Shown one piece after another: positions 10,852 through 21,067 of a stretch of DNA of 64,000 bases (position 1 is the first letter of the stretch; each line of letters starts with the position of its first letter). Origin of the DNA: a virus (lineage: Duplodnaviria; Caudoviricetes); IMG/VR virus record IMGVR_UViG_3300032038_000052, positions 14,613-78,612 of that record; one strand, given 5' to 3'. A program made the translations under genes and the position numbers. The notes under the pieces were generated by a model, which was not told where the DNA came from, did no database searches, and saw nothing but the letters and a program-made list of their open reading frames with translations.

Positions 10852-11982
10852 ATGAAGAAACTTAATTTTTCTGCTCATGTAATGAATGTATTCTCCGAGA
10901 TGGAGACTAATTATGATGAAGTAAAGAATCTTATGTTCGATCTTGCTATGGGCAATGAGATTTATGATGAAGAGTCTGGCCGTGTTGTTCCAAAGGCTGA
11001 AGCTGAAGCAAAACTGCGTAGCATTTGCCAGAAGGTATTTGGCGTAAATGAAAACTCTTCCAAGAGAGAACTTAAACGTGCTTACAGAGAGCATGGTCGT
11101 GAGTTCTTTGATATCATTGAGGAAGTTATTGATGTTGTAATCAGCAATGGCTTCAAGGATAATGAATTCTTCAACAACTTTGTTGATTATAGAAATATTG
11201 CACTTGGCGATGCTTATGAGTTCTATATGGAGAAAGATGTCATTCTTTCCATCGCTAAAGTTGGTGTAAGTCATCATGACTATATCCTTCAGAGACTTGG
11301 CAAGGGCGAGACTCTTACCATTCCTTATCAGAGATATGGTGCTGCAGTTGGTGCAGATATTAACATGTATATGATTGGTAGAGAAGACTGGACAAAGCTT
11401 ACCAATGCTATTGCAAAGGCATTTACTGTCCAGATTCAGCAAGAAATCTATGCAGAACTTCTGAATGCTGCAAATAAGATTCCGGCTGCAGTTAGAACTG
11501 GTTTTGTTGGAACTGGTGCACTTTCTGCTACCACAAAGGATGCTTTTGATGCAATCCTTGAGAATGTACAGACTGCAAATGAGTCTGCAATTGTAATTCT
11601 TGGTACTAAGACTGCTCTTAAGAAGCTGAATGCACTTTCCGATGTTAATTGGAGAGCACAGTCCCTTAAGGAAGATGTTTCTCATTCTGGAAGAATGGGT
11701 GACTATGAAGGTACTGTTCTGATGGAGATCCCGCAGAGATTTACTAGCCAGACAGATCTTACTCCGCTTATTGATAACACCAAGCTTTGGATTCTCCCGG
11801 CTGATTAGACTGATAAGTTTATCAAGATGGTCGATGTAGGCGAAACCGAAATTGATGAAATCACCGAGAAGGGCGAAGAGCATGGTCGCTGGGATGACAT
11901 CATGAAGTATGAAGTACAGCGTTCCTATGGTATTGCTACACAGCTTGGACGCTATTTTGGTCAGTGGACTCTTACTGCATGA
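10852..11982 (+). CDS. Major capsid protein; TAG=Gln; 376 aa
   Basis: Position and size; FFDIIEEVID...FFNNFVDYRNIALGD motif; one TAG at 11806-11808 followed by 57 more codons to TGA. Confidence 0.88.
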
Positions 11983-12016
11983 TGACTACTGATTTATGAT
12001 TAAAAGGAGATAACAA

Positions 12017-12583
12017 ATGGCAGCTACTAGAAAAAGAACTACAACTGCTACTGAACAAGTAGTAGAAAAGCCAGAAGTAAAAGTTACGGCACAAAAGGAA
12101 AAGCCTGTCGTAAAAGAGAAAAAGAAATTCTCTGATTCAGATGGTATTGTTTGCCGTTCTATTATTCAAGGCGGACTTTATATGGAAGGGGCCAAAACTC
12201 ATATGCTTTATGAATGGGTCGAATATGGAGACAAAACACAGGTTGAGTACGCTGATCTTGCGGCTGCTGTGAGAACGAGGTCTTCCTATTTATTCGGGCC
12301 AATGCTTATTATTGAAGACGAGGACTTTATTGAGGAATTCCCCCAACTAAAGAAGTTCTATACTGAGAACTATACAGTAAGTGATCTTGAAATGGTCCTT
12401 GCGTATCCGTTAGAAAGAATGCTTGAAGAAATTTCGGCACTTCCCAAAAGTGCCGTAGAATCTTTAAAAGTTCTTGCGGCATCTTCGATTAATGAAGGTA
12501 CACTTGATAGTGTTAAAAAGATTAAAGCACTTGATGAGATTTTTGGAACGAACTTAAGTTTATTAGCTGAGTTCAAAAATTAA
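12017..12583 (+). CDS. Hypothetical virion/head-associated protein
   Basis: 188-aa ORF with AGGAG RBS, directly after the MCP gene. Confidence 0.75.
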   Translation: MAATRKRTTTATEQVVEKPEVKVTAQKEKPVVKEKKKFSDSDGIVCRSIIQGGLYMEGAKTHMLYEWVEYGDKTQVEYADLAAAVRTRSSYLFGPMLIIEDEDFIEEFPQLKKFYTENYTVSDLEMVLAYPLERMLEEISALPKSAVESLKVLAASSINEGTLDSVKKIKALDEIFGTNLSLLAEFKN

Positions 12584-12603
12584 TTTAACGGAGGTGGTAT
12601 TAT

Positions 12604-13062
12604 ATGACCTCTGAATTTGAAGATATCTATTCACGGTTTTTTCTCCGTGTTGAAGATTACAATATTGTGGGCTTAGATACAAATCTAGTTAATGAAATGA
12701 TGAATGGATGGATGAAGTCTGTGTTATCACAGCCGTATATTAGACGGCTGTTTGATACATTGACATTCGATGAAGATATTGAACAGATTGAATATACAAT
12801 GAAATACCCTATCTCCGAAGATGAGGACAAGGATTTTGTAGAGGAATTGATTGCTCTTGGCATGGTAGCCGAATGGGTTTCCCCAAAGTATCATTCTACT
12901 CTTCTAACTTCTTAGTTTTATTCTAATAGCGAATAGAAATACTATTCTTAGGCTAATCATATGACCGAATTAAAGGATATGTACCATAGGGCTAAGAATG
13001 ATGTTCGCAAATTAATTAGAGACAGAGGGTATATAAATAACGTATATATAGGTGAGTCATGA
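12604..13062 (+). CDS. Putative head-tail adaptor; TAG=Gln
   Basis: MTSEFEDIYSRFF...; reads through 3 TAG to TGA 13060-13062, which overlaps the next ATG. Confidence 0.65.
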
Positions 13063-13391
13063 ATACTAAATATGGCTCATACTCTTCTGAGTAGATTAAT
13101 TCTGTAAAATACAAGATTCGAAAATCCATCTATTTTTTACTTCTTTATGTTGACCCACAAACTAGGGATGATTATCCCAATGTAAATGTTGCAGATGCGT
13201 TTCGCAGTTTGTAGCGTAAGCTCAATGGATTAAATAGTATTTTGCTTGAACCACCAGAATTGGTTCAAACCATGAGTCTTCTTGAAGCGGCATTGGCTGA
13301 GTTTTAGAGTGATTCTTTCAATTACCATACTTATAGGAAGCTGATATTGGATGCTGGGTCTGAGATTATGCGTGTAAAGGAAGGTGATTGA
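13059..13391 (+). CDS. Hypothetical neck-region protein; TAG=Gln; 110 aa
   Basis: MNTKYGSYSSEQINSVKYKIRKSIYFLLLY...; ATGA coupling to the previous gene; missing from the ORF track. Confidence 0.7.
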
Positions 13392-13392
13392 T

Positions 13393-14583
13393 ATGATTAC
13401 CTTTGCTGATTTTCAAAAGATACATAAGACAGATATCCCAGGTCGTGCAAGGAAAATGCAATCTGATATGATCATGGATGCTACATTTAACCAAGATATA
13501 CAATATTAGGTTGGATATTTTTTTGACTATTACCATACGACTCCAGAAAATCGGTTAAAGCTAGAAGGTTTTAATCCTAAAGATGATCCAAATCCTATTC
13601 CAATCGATGTGAAATTTATTGCGCATAGCAAAAAGACATATGAGAAGGATGAGGTAACAATGCATATTCAATTTCGTCCTGGACATGAATGTGCAGTTGA
13701 TTATTATGATGAAGTATTTGGCAAACGTTATAATGCTAGATACCCAATAGGTTTATATGTATGGTTATAGGGAGAAGATGGTATCTATAGACGTTGGCTA
13801 GTGGTTGCTACTGCCGACAGGGATAAAAATCAATTCCCAACTTGGGAAGTATTGCGCTGTGATGAAATATATAGGTGGATAAAGAACGGGAAATATTATG
13901 AGTTTCCAGGTGTTAGCAGAAGCCAGAATTCATATAACTCTGGACTTTGGTTGGATTATAAATTTCAACAGCCAGAAGACCAGGTTAAGTTCTGCTTACC
14001 ATTAAATCGTGATACGGAAATGCTTTATTATAATACCTACCTAGTGATTGATGCTCACGTACTTACTGAGCCAAGAGTTTGGCAAATCAGTAAGATAAAT
14101 CGTTCGAATTCAAAAGGTGTTGTAGTGTTTACTTGCGCACAGGATCTTGCGAATTAGCATACTCTAAAAGCGGATTATGATGAAGATGGTAACGTGACCG
14201 CTTGGTGGGCGGATTGGAATGAAACCGAGGTCGCTCCAACTCCTGCTATTGTTGACAACAGCGAACACGATGAATTAGTCACAGCGAAAATAACATGTTC
14301 TGGGAAACCGCAATTTAAGGTTGGCGGTTCTTCAAAGACATTTACAATTTCGTATTATGACGATGATGTTATTATACAAGACCACGAGGTTGGCACTTGG
14401 TCATTTTCGATTGATGGCGAAAATGTCAATGATGAACTTTTGAGCATAATCAGTACAGATGATGCCAATAAGATTAAAGTTAAGTTCTTGGGTGATGACA
14501 TGTATGTCGGCAAAATACTAACAGTTACAAACACATTTGAAGATGTCACTGCATCTATGCAAATTGAAATCATCGCATTATAA
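13393..14583 (+). CDS. Putative head-closure/neck protein with C-terminal Ig-like domain; TAG=Gln; 396 aa
   Basis: Track pieces 13801..14157 and 14194..14583 share a frame with ATG 13393; beta-rich C-terminus. Confidence 0.65.
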
Positions 14584-14594
14584 GGAGGGATAGC

Positions 14595-15164
14595 ATGGAT
14601 TTGACGAATGAACAACTTCAAACTCTCCTTCAGTATAAAACTGTAATGGATGATGACAATGTGCGTTTTAAAGAAATTATTAAAAAAAGTTTGATAGATG
14701 ATCCATTGATTATCTATTTGCTTAATAACAAGGAGTTGGAGAGCGTCGAGGCAGATCCTAGCGACTATCTCGGCGTTAACATACTCCCAGCTTTTTTAAT
14801 TCATCCTACATAGCACAATGTCTAGAACTTTATTTGTTATGAGACATCATGGAAAGAAATGCCAAGATATAATGGGAATGCTACAAAGTTACAACAGATT
14901 ATTTTTTATGTTTTGTGTGAAGAAAAGACAAACATAGAAAAACGTACTGGTATAGCACGCCATGATTTAATTGGTGCGAGGATTAAAGATATATTTAATT
15001 GGACCAACAAATTTGGTACACAATGCCATGTTGTATCTGATGTCCCATCTGTAACAGATAATGATTACGCAACAAGAACTATAACGTTTGAATTGCTTAG
15101 TGTTAATGATATCGTCAAGACGAGAAATGGTTCTTCTTTGGTGGTGAATAAGATTGGCGGATAA
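14595..15164 (+). CDS. Putative tail terminator/completion protein; TAG=Gln
   Basis: In-frame join of 14595..14813 and 14859..15164; GGAGG RBS; position before the tail genes. Confidence 0.6.
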
Positions 15165-15960
15165 ACAGAATCAGCCTAAATTTGACCGTCTAAAGATGTA
15201 TTTCGGAGAACCATTTGAAGTTGGAAATGGTATGACAGTATTGATACCAACTGTTGGGGATATACTGAGATTAGATAATTCCGACATAACATTTTATCAG
15301 ACGTTATATATTTGGATTGCGAATCCTACAACTTATAGATTAATGCTATGGGACAATGGTATTGATTGGAATAAAATTTCTGATTATGAATTGTTTTTGA
15401 TGTTATATAAAACCGAAAATCCAGATGTCAGCAAAATGATGTTTGGTAACGTGGACTTTCAGTAGTTTGGACTATTCCATAAAACTGTCTAGGAAAAGAA
15501 TGAAGACGGAGAAATGGTTGATGTATAGAAAGTTACTTTATATAGTCCCGAATAGGATATAGAAATATCTGAGTAGGATTATACTCTTATTTCTTAGTAT
15601 TTAAAAGCTGCTTTCAATATATATCCAAAAGTAGAAAAGGCGAAGGGACGGATTACAAAAGAATCAATTATTGAAGAAGAGCGCATGAACCTTATAGCTA
15701 AGGAGCGCAAAGGAGAAGATATACCTACATCTTCTCTTCTTCCATTGATATCTTCTTGTATTAACCATCCTGGATTTAAGTATAACCTTAATGAACTCCG
15801 TGAAGTTAATTTTGTTCAATTTATGGATAGCGTACAGAGACTACAAATCTATGAGTCTACTTCTGCTCTTTTGAAGGGAGCATATTCTGGTTTCTGTGAT
15901 ACATCAAAAATTGATAAGGATGAATTCAATTTTATGAGGGATATAGTTCCCGCAAAATAA
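15154..15960 (+). CDS. Conserved hypothetical tail-region protein; TAG=Gln
   Basis: TTG start; 15154..15465 and 15685..15960 share a frame and are separated only by TAGs. Confidence 0.7.
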
Positions 15961-16005
15961 CTATGTTTATAACAAATTAATATTATAGAAAAGGAGGATA
16001 TGATT

Positions 16006-16800
16006 ATGGCCTTTAAGTTAGATGACCTTATTATTGACCGCATATAGGTGGCTACTGCTGAGGATTCTCATGGTAATGTTCTTTATACTCTGACTCAGCT
16101 TTAGGAAGCAACTATCAATATCTCCGCAGAGTCTAACGATGTTACCGACAAAGACGGCAACCTTGTGAAGAGATTCTGGAGAGCAAAGACTGGTGAGTTC
16201 ACTGCAACTAACGCATTCATCAATCTGAACATCCTTGGTGAGGAAGCTGGTTCTGGTAAGATGGAAGCAAATGCAACTCGCAAGATCACCGCTCCTGGTA
16301 TCATTGTTGCAAAAGCTTCTAATGGAGCTACTGTTACCCTTGCTAATGTAACTGGCACTCCAAAGGTTTATGGCATGGAGACCAATGGCACTCTTGGCAC
16401 TGAGTTCCAGACAGGTGGAACAGCTACTGCTACTACTTTTGTATATGATGACCAAACTGGCGTTGTAACTCTGCCTCTGAGCGGTGATTATGTTCAGTAT
16501 CTCATCCGTTATGACCGTGAGCTTACTTCTGGTGCGGTTGAGATGACCAACATGGCAGATAAGTTCCCTGGCACAATCCGTCTTGTGCTTAAGGTTCTGT
16601 GCGTAGACCCATGCGAAGCTGATACTTTACGTGCAGCATATATTGATATCCCGTCCTTCCAGGTTAGCCCTGAGAGTGAAGTTTCTCTGAGTTCTGATAA
16701 TCAGACTATTGATTTCAGCGGATCTCTCCAGGTTGACTATTGTGATGCCGACAAGCGCCTTTACAGCATCTATGTTGTAGAAGATGACGAGGAAGAGTAA
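16006..16800 (+). CDS. Major tail (tube) protein; TAG=Gln; 264 aa
   Basis: AGGAGG RBS; MAFKLDDLIIDRIQVAT...QLQEATINISAESNDVTDKDGNLV; TAG at 16045 and 16102; IPSFQVSPE motif; followed by a hairpin. Confidence 0.8.
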
Positions 16801-16819
16801 TTGTAAATTTGACTTAATT

Positions 16820-16860
16820 AGAGTAGCTAGTGTAAAAGCTAGCTACTCTTCTATAATTTT
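16820..16860 (+). terminator. Terminator-like hairpin (loop TGTAAAAG)
   Basis: AGAGTAGCTAG / CTAGCTACTCT, perfect 11-bp stem. Confidence 0.65.
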
Positions 16861-16949
16861 TGCTCTATTTCAATCCCTCAGAATGAGGCAATATCATATG
16901 GGGCAAAGAATTAGACAATAAGGAATTGATATAGAGGAGGAATTATATT

Positions 16950-17435
16950 ATGGCAAAAGAAGGAAGATTTGATAGATATTGTACTGTATGCGGAAAGCAT
17001 TATGAATACTGCCCGACATGTAGCAGGTTTGCACATATGGAGCGTTGGCATGATGCCTATTGCTGTGCGAACTGTAAAGACCTTTATAACGTAACTGCTG
17101 GGTTTATTAATCATTGGCAGGAGCCAGAGGTGGAAGCTGCTAGGCTTCAAAAGTTAGATTTATCATACAAGAATAAACTTCCAGCATGGATGCAAGCGAC
17201 AATCAAAGATATTCAGCGTGTAGAGTTGAATAACGCTAATGAGGCTGTTGTTGAAAAGGTAGTTACAGAACCAGCTACGGAAGTTGTAGTTGAAGAAGTA
17301 AAAGATGAAGTTAAAGAAGATAAGAAAGTTGATAAAGCTGAGACAGAAGAAAAAAATGTTACGGCTCAACTTCACAAGTTTGAGAAAAAAGTAAATACTC
17401 AAAATAAATATAAGCCAAATAAATTTGGAAAATAA
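16950..17435 (+). CDS. Cys-rich (Zn-binding) hypothetical protein
   Basis: CTVC...CPTC...CCANC motif; E/K-rich C-terminus; GAGGAGG RBS. Confidence 0.75.
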   Translation: MAKEGRFDRYCTVCGKHYEYCPTCSRFAHMERWHDAYCCANCKDLYNVTAGFINHWQEPEVEAARLQKLDLSYKNKLPAWMQATIKDIQRVELNNANEAVVEKVVTEPATEVVVEEVKDEVKEDKKVDKAETEEKNVTAQLHKFEKKVNTQNKYKPNKFGK

Positions 17436-17520
17436 TAGTGAATGTGATTAAATACAACCATAGTTAAACAGGTATAGTTTAACTATTAATAATGGGACTA
17501 GGTATATTTCTTAGTCTAGC

Positions 17521-17557
17521 GGGGTTGGCTCACATTCATGAGCTAACCCCTTTTTTT
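17521..17557 (+). terminator. Rho-independent terminator
   Basis: GGGGTTGGCTCA / TGAGCTAACCCC followed by T7. Confidence 0.8.
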
Positions 17558-17590
17558 ACCATTTTTAATGAGCAAAAGGAGTAAAAGGAT

Positions 17591-17866
17591 ATGGATAGAG
17601 ACAATATAGTTCATTCCGATGTAACAGGAAAAGACTACTATCCATCTTAGGTTGTTCGATTGGTGAATATTCGATAGATATGTAGTTATATGCGTCTTGG
17701 AAAAATCCCAGTAGATATTTATCCATCTATTGATTTTAAGTCGAACAATCCTGTATTGGTAGTTTTGTTTGATAGGAATGATACAAAAGAGGCATATAAC
17801 CGATGGTGTGAAAGCACAAACTTGTGGGAGGAACTGTAGAATGAAGCCAATGATTTACATGGATAA
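17591..17866 (+). CDS. Hypothetical protein (DUF5659-like); TAG=Gln
   Basis: MDRDNIVHSDVTGKDYYPSQVVRLVNIRQ...VVLFDRNDTKEAYNRWC; 3 TAG; TAA stop. Confidence 0.65.
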
Positions 17867-18977
17867 TGCGGCAACGACAAAACCATTCGCAGATGTTGTG
17901 GAGGCAATGATTCCATATTACAAAGATAGCTTCTATAATCCTTCTGCCAACTATGATATGGCTTATGATGTAAATGATGTATTGCAAGATTGCCGTAAAA
18001 CAATAGCTAATACTATTGGATGTGAAGCAAATGAAATATATTTTACATCTGGTGGAACTGAATCCGACAATTGGGCATTGCGTTATGCACAGCCTGGTCA
18101 ACATATTATAACGTCAAAGATAGAGCATCATGCGGTTCTTAATACTTGTAAATACCTTGAGTCAATTGGGGTAGATGTTAGTTATATAAATGTTGATGAG
18201 CATGGAATGATAATACTAGAGGAGTTGGAAAAAAGTATTAAGACAAATACTTCTCTTATATCTATCATGACTGCCAATAATGAAATTGGTACTATTCAGC
18301 CCATATTGGATATAGCCAAAATCGCTTTTGATTATGGTATTGCATTTCATACTGATGCAGTACAAGCCTATGGACATAAGGAATTGGATGTTAATGAATT
18401 AGGGATTGATATGTTGAGCGCAAGTGCTCATAAATTTAATGGACCAAAAGGTGTTGGATTTTTGTATGTAAATAAGTGTATTAAATTACAACCGTTTATT
18501 TTAGGTGGTATGCAACAAGGCGGCATGAGGGCTGGTACTGAAAATGTTCCTGGTATAGTTGGTATGGCTAAAGCAGCTGATCTGTCGTGCGATTTAGATA
18601 ATATATATCATAGGGCAATTGTTGCTGGTCTTAGGGATTATATGCTAAGTAAAATTAAAGCTGAAATTCCTAATATTATTGTAAATGGAGATTTACATAA
18701 TAGATTACAAAATAATCTGAATATATCATTTATTGGAATTCGTGGCGAACAGTTATTAAGCCAATTAGCAATGAATGGCATCTACGCATCAACTGGTTCT
18801 GCTTGCAATGCATTTTCTCCAGAGCCATCACATGTGTTAAAGGCAATCGGGCTATCTGATGAAGATGCAAGTTCTAGTATTAGGTTCACGTTGTCTAAAG
18901 AAAATACTATAGATGAGATTAATTATACTGTTGATGTATTGAAGAGAAGTGTTGAAGATTTAAGGAGAATTGGATGA
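17841..18977 (+). CDS. iscS: Cysteine desulfurase (IscS/NifS, PLP-dependent); 378 aa
   Basis: IYMDNAATT, FTSGGTESDN, EHHAV, HTDAVQ, SAHKFNGPKGVG (PLP Lys), GTENV, STGSAC (catalytic Cys); GGGAGG RBS; no TAG. Confidence 0.95.
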   Translation: MKPMIYMDNAATTKPFADVVEAMIPYYKDSFYNPSANYDMAYDVNDVLQDCRKTIANTIGCEANEIYFTSGGTESDNWALRYAQPGQHIITSKIEHHAVLNTCKYLESIGVDVSYINVDEHGMIILEELEKSIKTNTSLISIMTANNEIGTIQPILDIAKIAFDYGIAFHTDAVQAYGHKELDVNELGIDMLSASAHKFNGPKGVGFLYVNKCIKLQPFILGGMQQGGMRAGTENVPGIVGMAKAADLSCDLDNIYHRAIVAGLRDYMLSKIKAEIPNIIVNGDLHNRLQNNLNISFIGIRGEQLLSQLAMNGIYASTGSACNAFSPEPSHVLKAIGLSDEDASSSIRFTLSKENTIDEINYTVDVLKRSVEDLRRIG

Positions 18978-19231
18978 AGCATATAGAAAAGGTAAGAAAG
19001 GCTTATGTACTATGTTCAATAGATAATACAGGTAAAACGTGTTATCTAAGAAGCCTACATGAGCCTGGAAAGTGGGAAATTACTACAAATATTGAGGAAG
19101 CAACAAAGTATGCGACTTCTGGTGCGGCTGATTTATCTTATGATTTTTATCAGCATGAATTAGGATCTGATGCGGGGGTGTTTGTTAAAATTCCACTTGA
19201 GATTGAATACAGATTAGTGAAAGAAGAATAA
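18974..19231 (+). CDS. Hypothetical protein
   Basis: 85-aa ORF coupled to iscS by an ATGA overlap. Confidence 0.7.
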   Translation: MKHIEKVRKAYVLCSIDNTGKTCYLRSLHEPGKWEITTNIEEATKYATSGAADLSYDFYQHELGSDAGVFVKIPLEIEYRLVKEE

Positions 19232-19246
19232 TTAAATTGTTATGTA

Positions 19247-19270
19247 GGCCCTCATTTTATGAGGGCTTTT
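19247..19270 (+). terminator. Hairpin/terminator immediately upstream of the tRNA
   Basis: GGCCCTCAT / ATGAGGGCT followed by TTT. Confidence 0.55.
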
Positions 19271-19275
19271 ATTAT

Positions 19276-19346
19276 TGGGGTGTGGTGTAATGGAAGCACA
19301 GGAGGCCCTAACCCTCTTGATCTCAGTTCGACCCTGAGCGCCCCCG
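19276..19346 (+). tRNA. Amber suppressor tRNA (anticodon CUA), probably charged with Gln
   Basis: Cloverleaf: acceptor TGGGGTG/CGCCCCC with discriminator G73; D arm GTGT-AATGGAA-GCAC; anticodon stem GGAGG/CCTCT with loop CC-CTA-AC (CTA at 19308-19310); T arm CTCAG-TTCGACC-CTGAG; no encoded CCA. Confidence 0.92.
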
Positions 19347-19350
19347 TTCT

Positions 19351-19455
19351 ATGCGAGAAAACATAAGGAGTAATTACCCTTGTGCGAGAGTAATCCCTAA
19401 CTCTCATTTCTCGCATTTATTACAATTAGGGGTGGATTACTACAGGGAGGTAATG
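19351..19455 (+). promoter_or_regulatory. Structured leader: outer stem, inner hairpin, anti-SD and internal TACAAT
   Basis: ATGCGAGAAA/TTTCTCGCAT stem; GAGAG/CTCTC hairpin whose loop TAATCCCTAA complements TTAGGG..GATTA downstream; ATTACC(CT) complements the GGGAGGTAAT RBS; TACAAT at 19421-19426. Confidence 0.6.
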
Positions 19456-19457
19456 CT

Positions 19458-20345
19458 GTGGGGAATAGATATATTTTTAAATAGTCTTTTGAAGATTGGT
19501 GTATTACAAATAATAGAGAAGACATTCTACAATTATGGGATTACGACAAAAATGATGTTTTGCCGTCTGAAGTACCATTTGGAACCAAGAAAAAATATTA
19601 TTTTTGTTGTCCAGCTGGTATACATGAGAGCGTATAGAAAAAAATATATGCTGTGACTGAAAAAACAACAAGAAAAATGGTCTGTAAGTATTGTAACGGC
19701 GGGGTTTATTGGAATAACACTAAAGAAGATTTTTCGGGTAGACAAATAGGAGAACTACATGTTATTGGGCTAGATGAAGAGAAAACCAAAAATGGACAAT
19801 ATTATTGGGCGTGCGAGTGTTCTTGTGGGAATATTGTTTCTGTCAGTTCTTCAAAATTAAAAAGTGGAAAGAAGACTACGTGTGGTGGGCAATATAGACA
19901 TAAAGCGCCATAGTGGATAGAGCCAGATGGCGGGTTAGATTCATATAATTCACAATATCTAAGAGAGCTTCGTACTAGTCCGTTGTATTATGAATATAGA
20001 CGAGCAGTTCAAGAAAAGGACAATTGGAGTTGTATTGTTTGTGGTTCACATAAAGATATTGAGGTACATCATATTTATCCGTTTGCAGCGTATCCGCATG
20101 AAAGATTTAATCCTAATACTGGAATATGTATGTGCAAAATACATCATAGTATTAGTAGCCCTATTAGTTTCCACAGTATATATGGAAGATTTGGTAATAC
20201 GCCAGAGTAGCTTGAGCAATATGTAAATTTTATGCGAAAAGAACTAGGTATTTTAGAATATTTTGATGTTTATAAATACATGGATAATTATGAGTCTGAT
20301 AATATAGATATTGATGACTCAATGTTAATAGATTTATATGAATAA
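19458..20345 (+). CDS. HNH homing-type endonuclease with N-terminal zinc-ribbon (DUF4379-like) and CECSCG module; TAG=Gln; 295 aa
   Basis: GTG start after GGGAGG; LWDYDKN..EVPFGTKKKYYFCC; WACECSCGN; CIVCGSHKDIEVHHIYPF..E.FNPNTGICMCKIHH; 4 TAG; TAA stop. Confidence 0.85.
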
Positions 20346-20365
20346 ATCTAAGGAGGTAAAAGGAT

Positions 20366-20590
20366 ATGAAAGATTATTATGTAAATACACGTAAATGTAT
20401 AGACACATACAATAATTATGTGAATGTAGTATTTAAAGACCATGAAGAACTCTCAGATGATAGAGATGAATTTCTTTAGAATTTTTGCTTACATCTTGCT
20501 CATGCATTAATCAAAGACACTGGTTCTGGATAGCTTGCAAGAGATGAACTGGGTAAGATGGCTGATATTATTAATGATGTTGTAAGGTGA
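20366..20590 (+). CDS. Hypothetical protein; TAG=Gln
   Basis: 74 aa; AGGA RBS; 2 TAG; TGA stop. Confidence 0.6.
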
Positions 20591-20596
20591 AACAAG

Positions 20597-21067
20597 ATGA
20601 AAGAAAAACTATTAGCATTGGACACATCAACCAGCTCAACTGGCTGGGCGTATTTTGAAAACGGAAAGTACGTAGTTAGTGATGTTATATCTATAAAGAA
20701 TTAGAAGGATACTGATCTAAGAATGGAACAAATGATTTCTGAAATATATAGATTAATAGAGTGCTACTCTCCTACTGTTGTTGTAACCGAGATGACCGTT
20801 GTGGTTAGAAACCCGGCTGTTCAGCGAATGCTTACAATGATACTTGGAGCAGTATATGGCAACTGCGTAGTCAATGATATAGATTACTACAGCCTTCGCC
20901 CTACAGAGTGGAGAAAACTGATAGATCCAGGTAAAAAGCCTAAAAAGCGAGATGAATTAAAAGAATGGTCAAAGCAAAAAGTGTTTGAGTTATATGGAAT
21001 TGACAATGTAACTGATGATGTTTCTGATGCTATCCTCATAGGACAAGCATATGTGAATATGATATGA
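20597..21067 (+). CDS. ruvC: RuvC-like Holliday junction resolvase; TAG=Gln
   Basis: LLALDTSTSSTGW, VVVTEM, PTEWRK, TDDVSDAILIG; TAG at 20702. Confidence 0.85.

Noticed and set aside
10795-11883. 362-aa minus-strand ORF antisense to the major capsid gene
   Set aside because: A shadow ORF: the capsid gene's codon bias avoids in-frame TTA/CTA/TCA; no RBS and no recognisable motif.
19351-20345. HEARO/OMEGA (IscB-type) RNA-guided system
   Set aside because: The protein shows no split RuvC or PLMP motif, and the leader is only ~100 nt; a homing-type HNH fits better.
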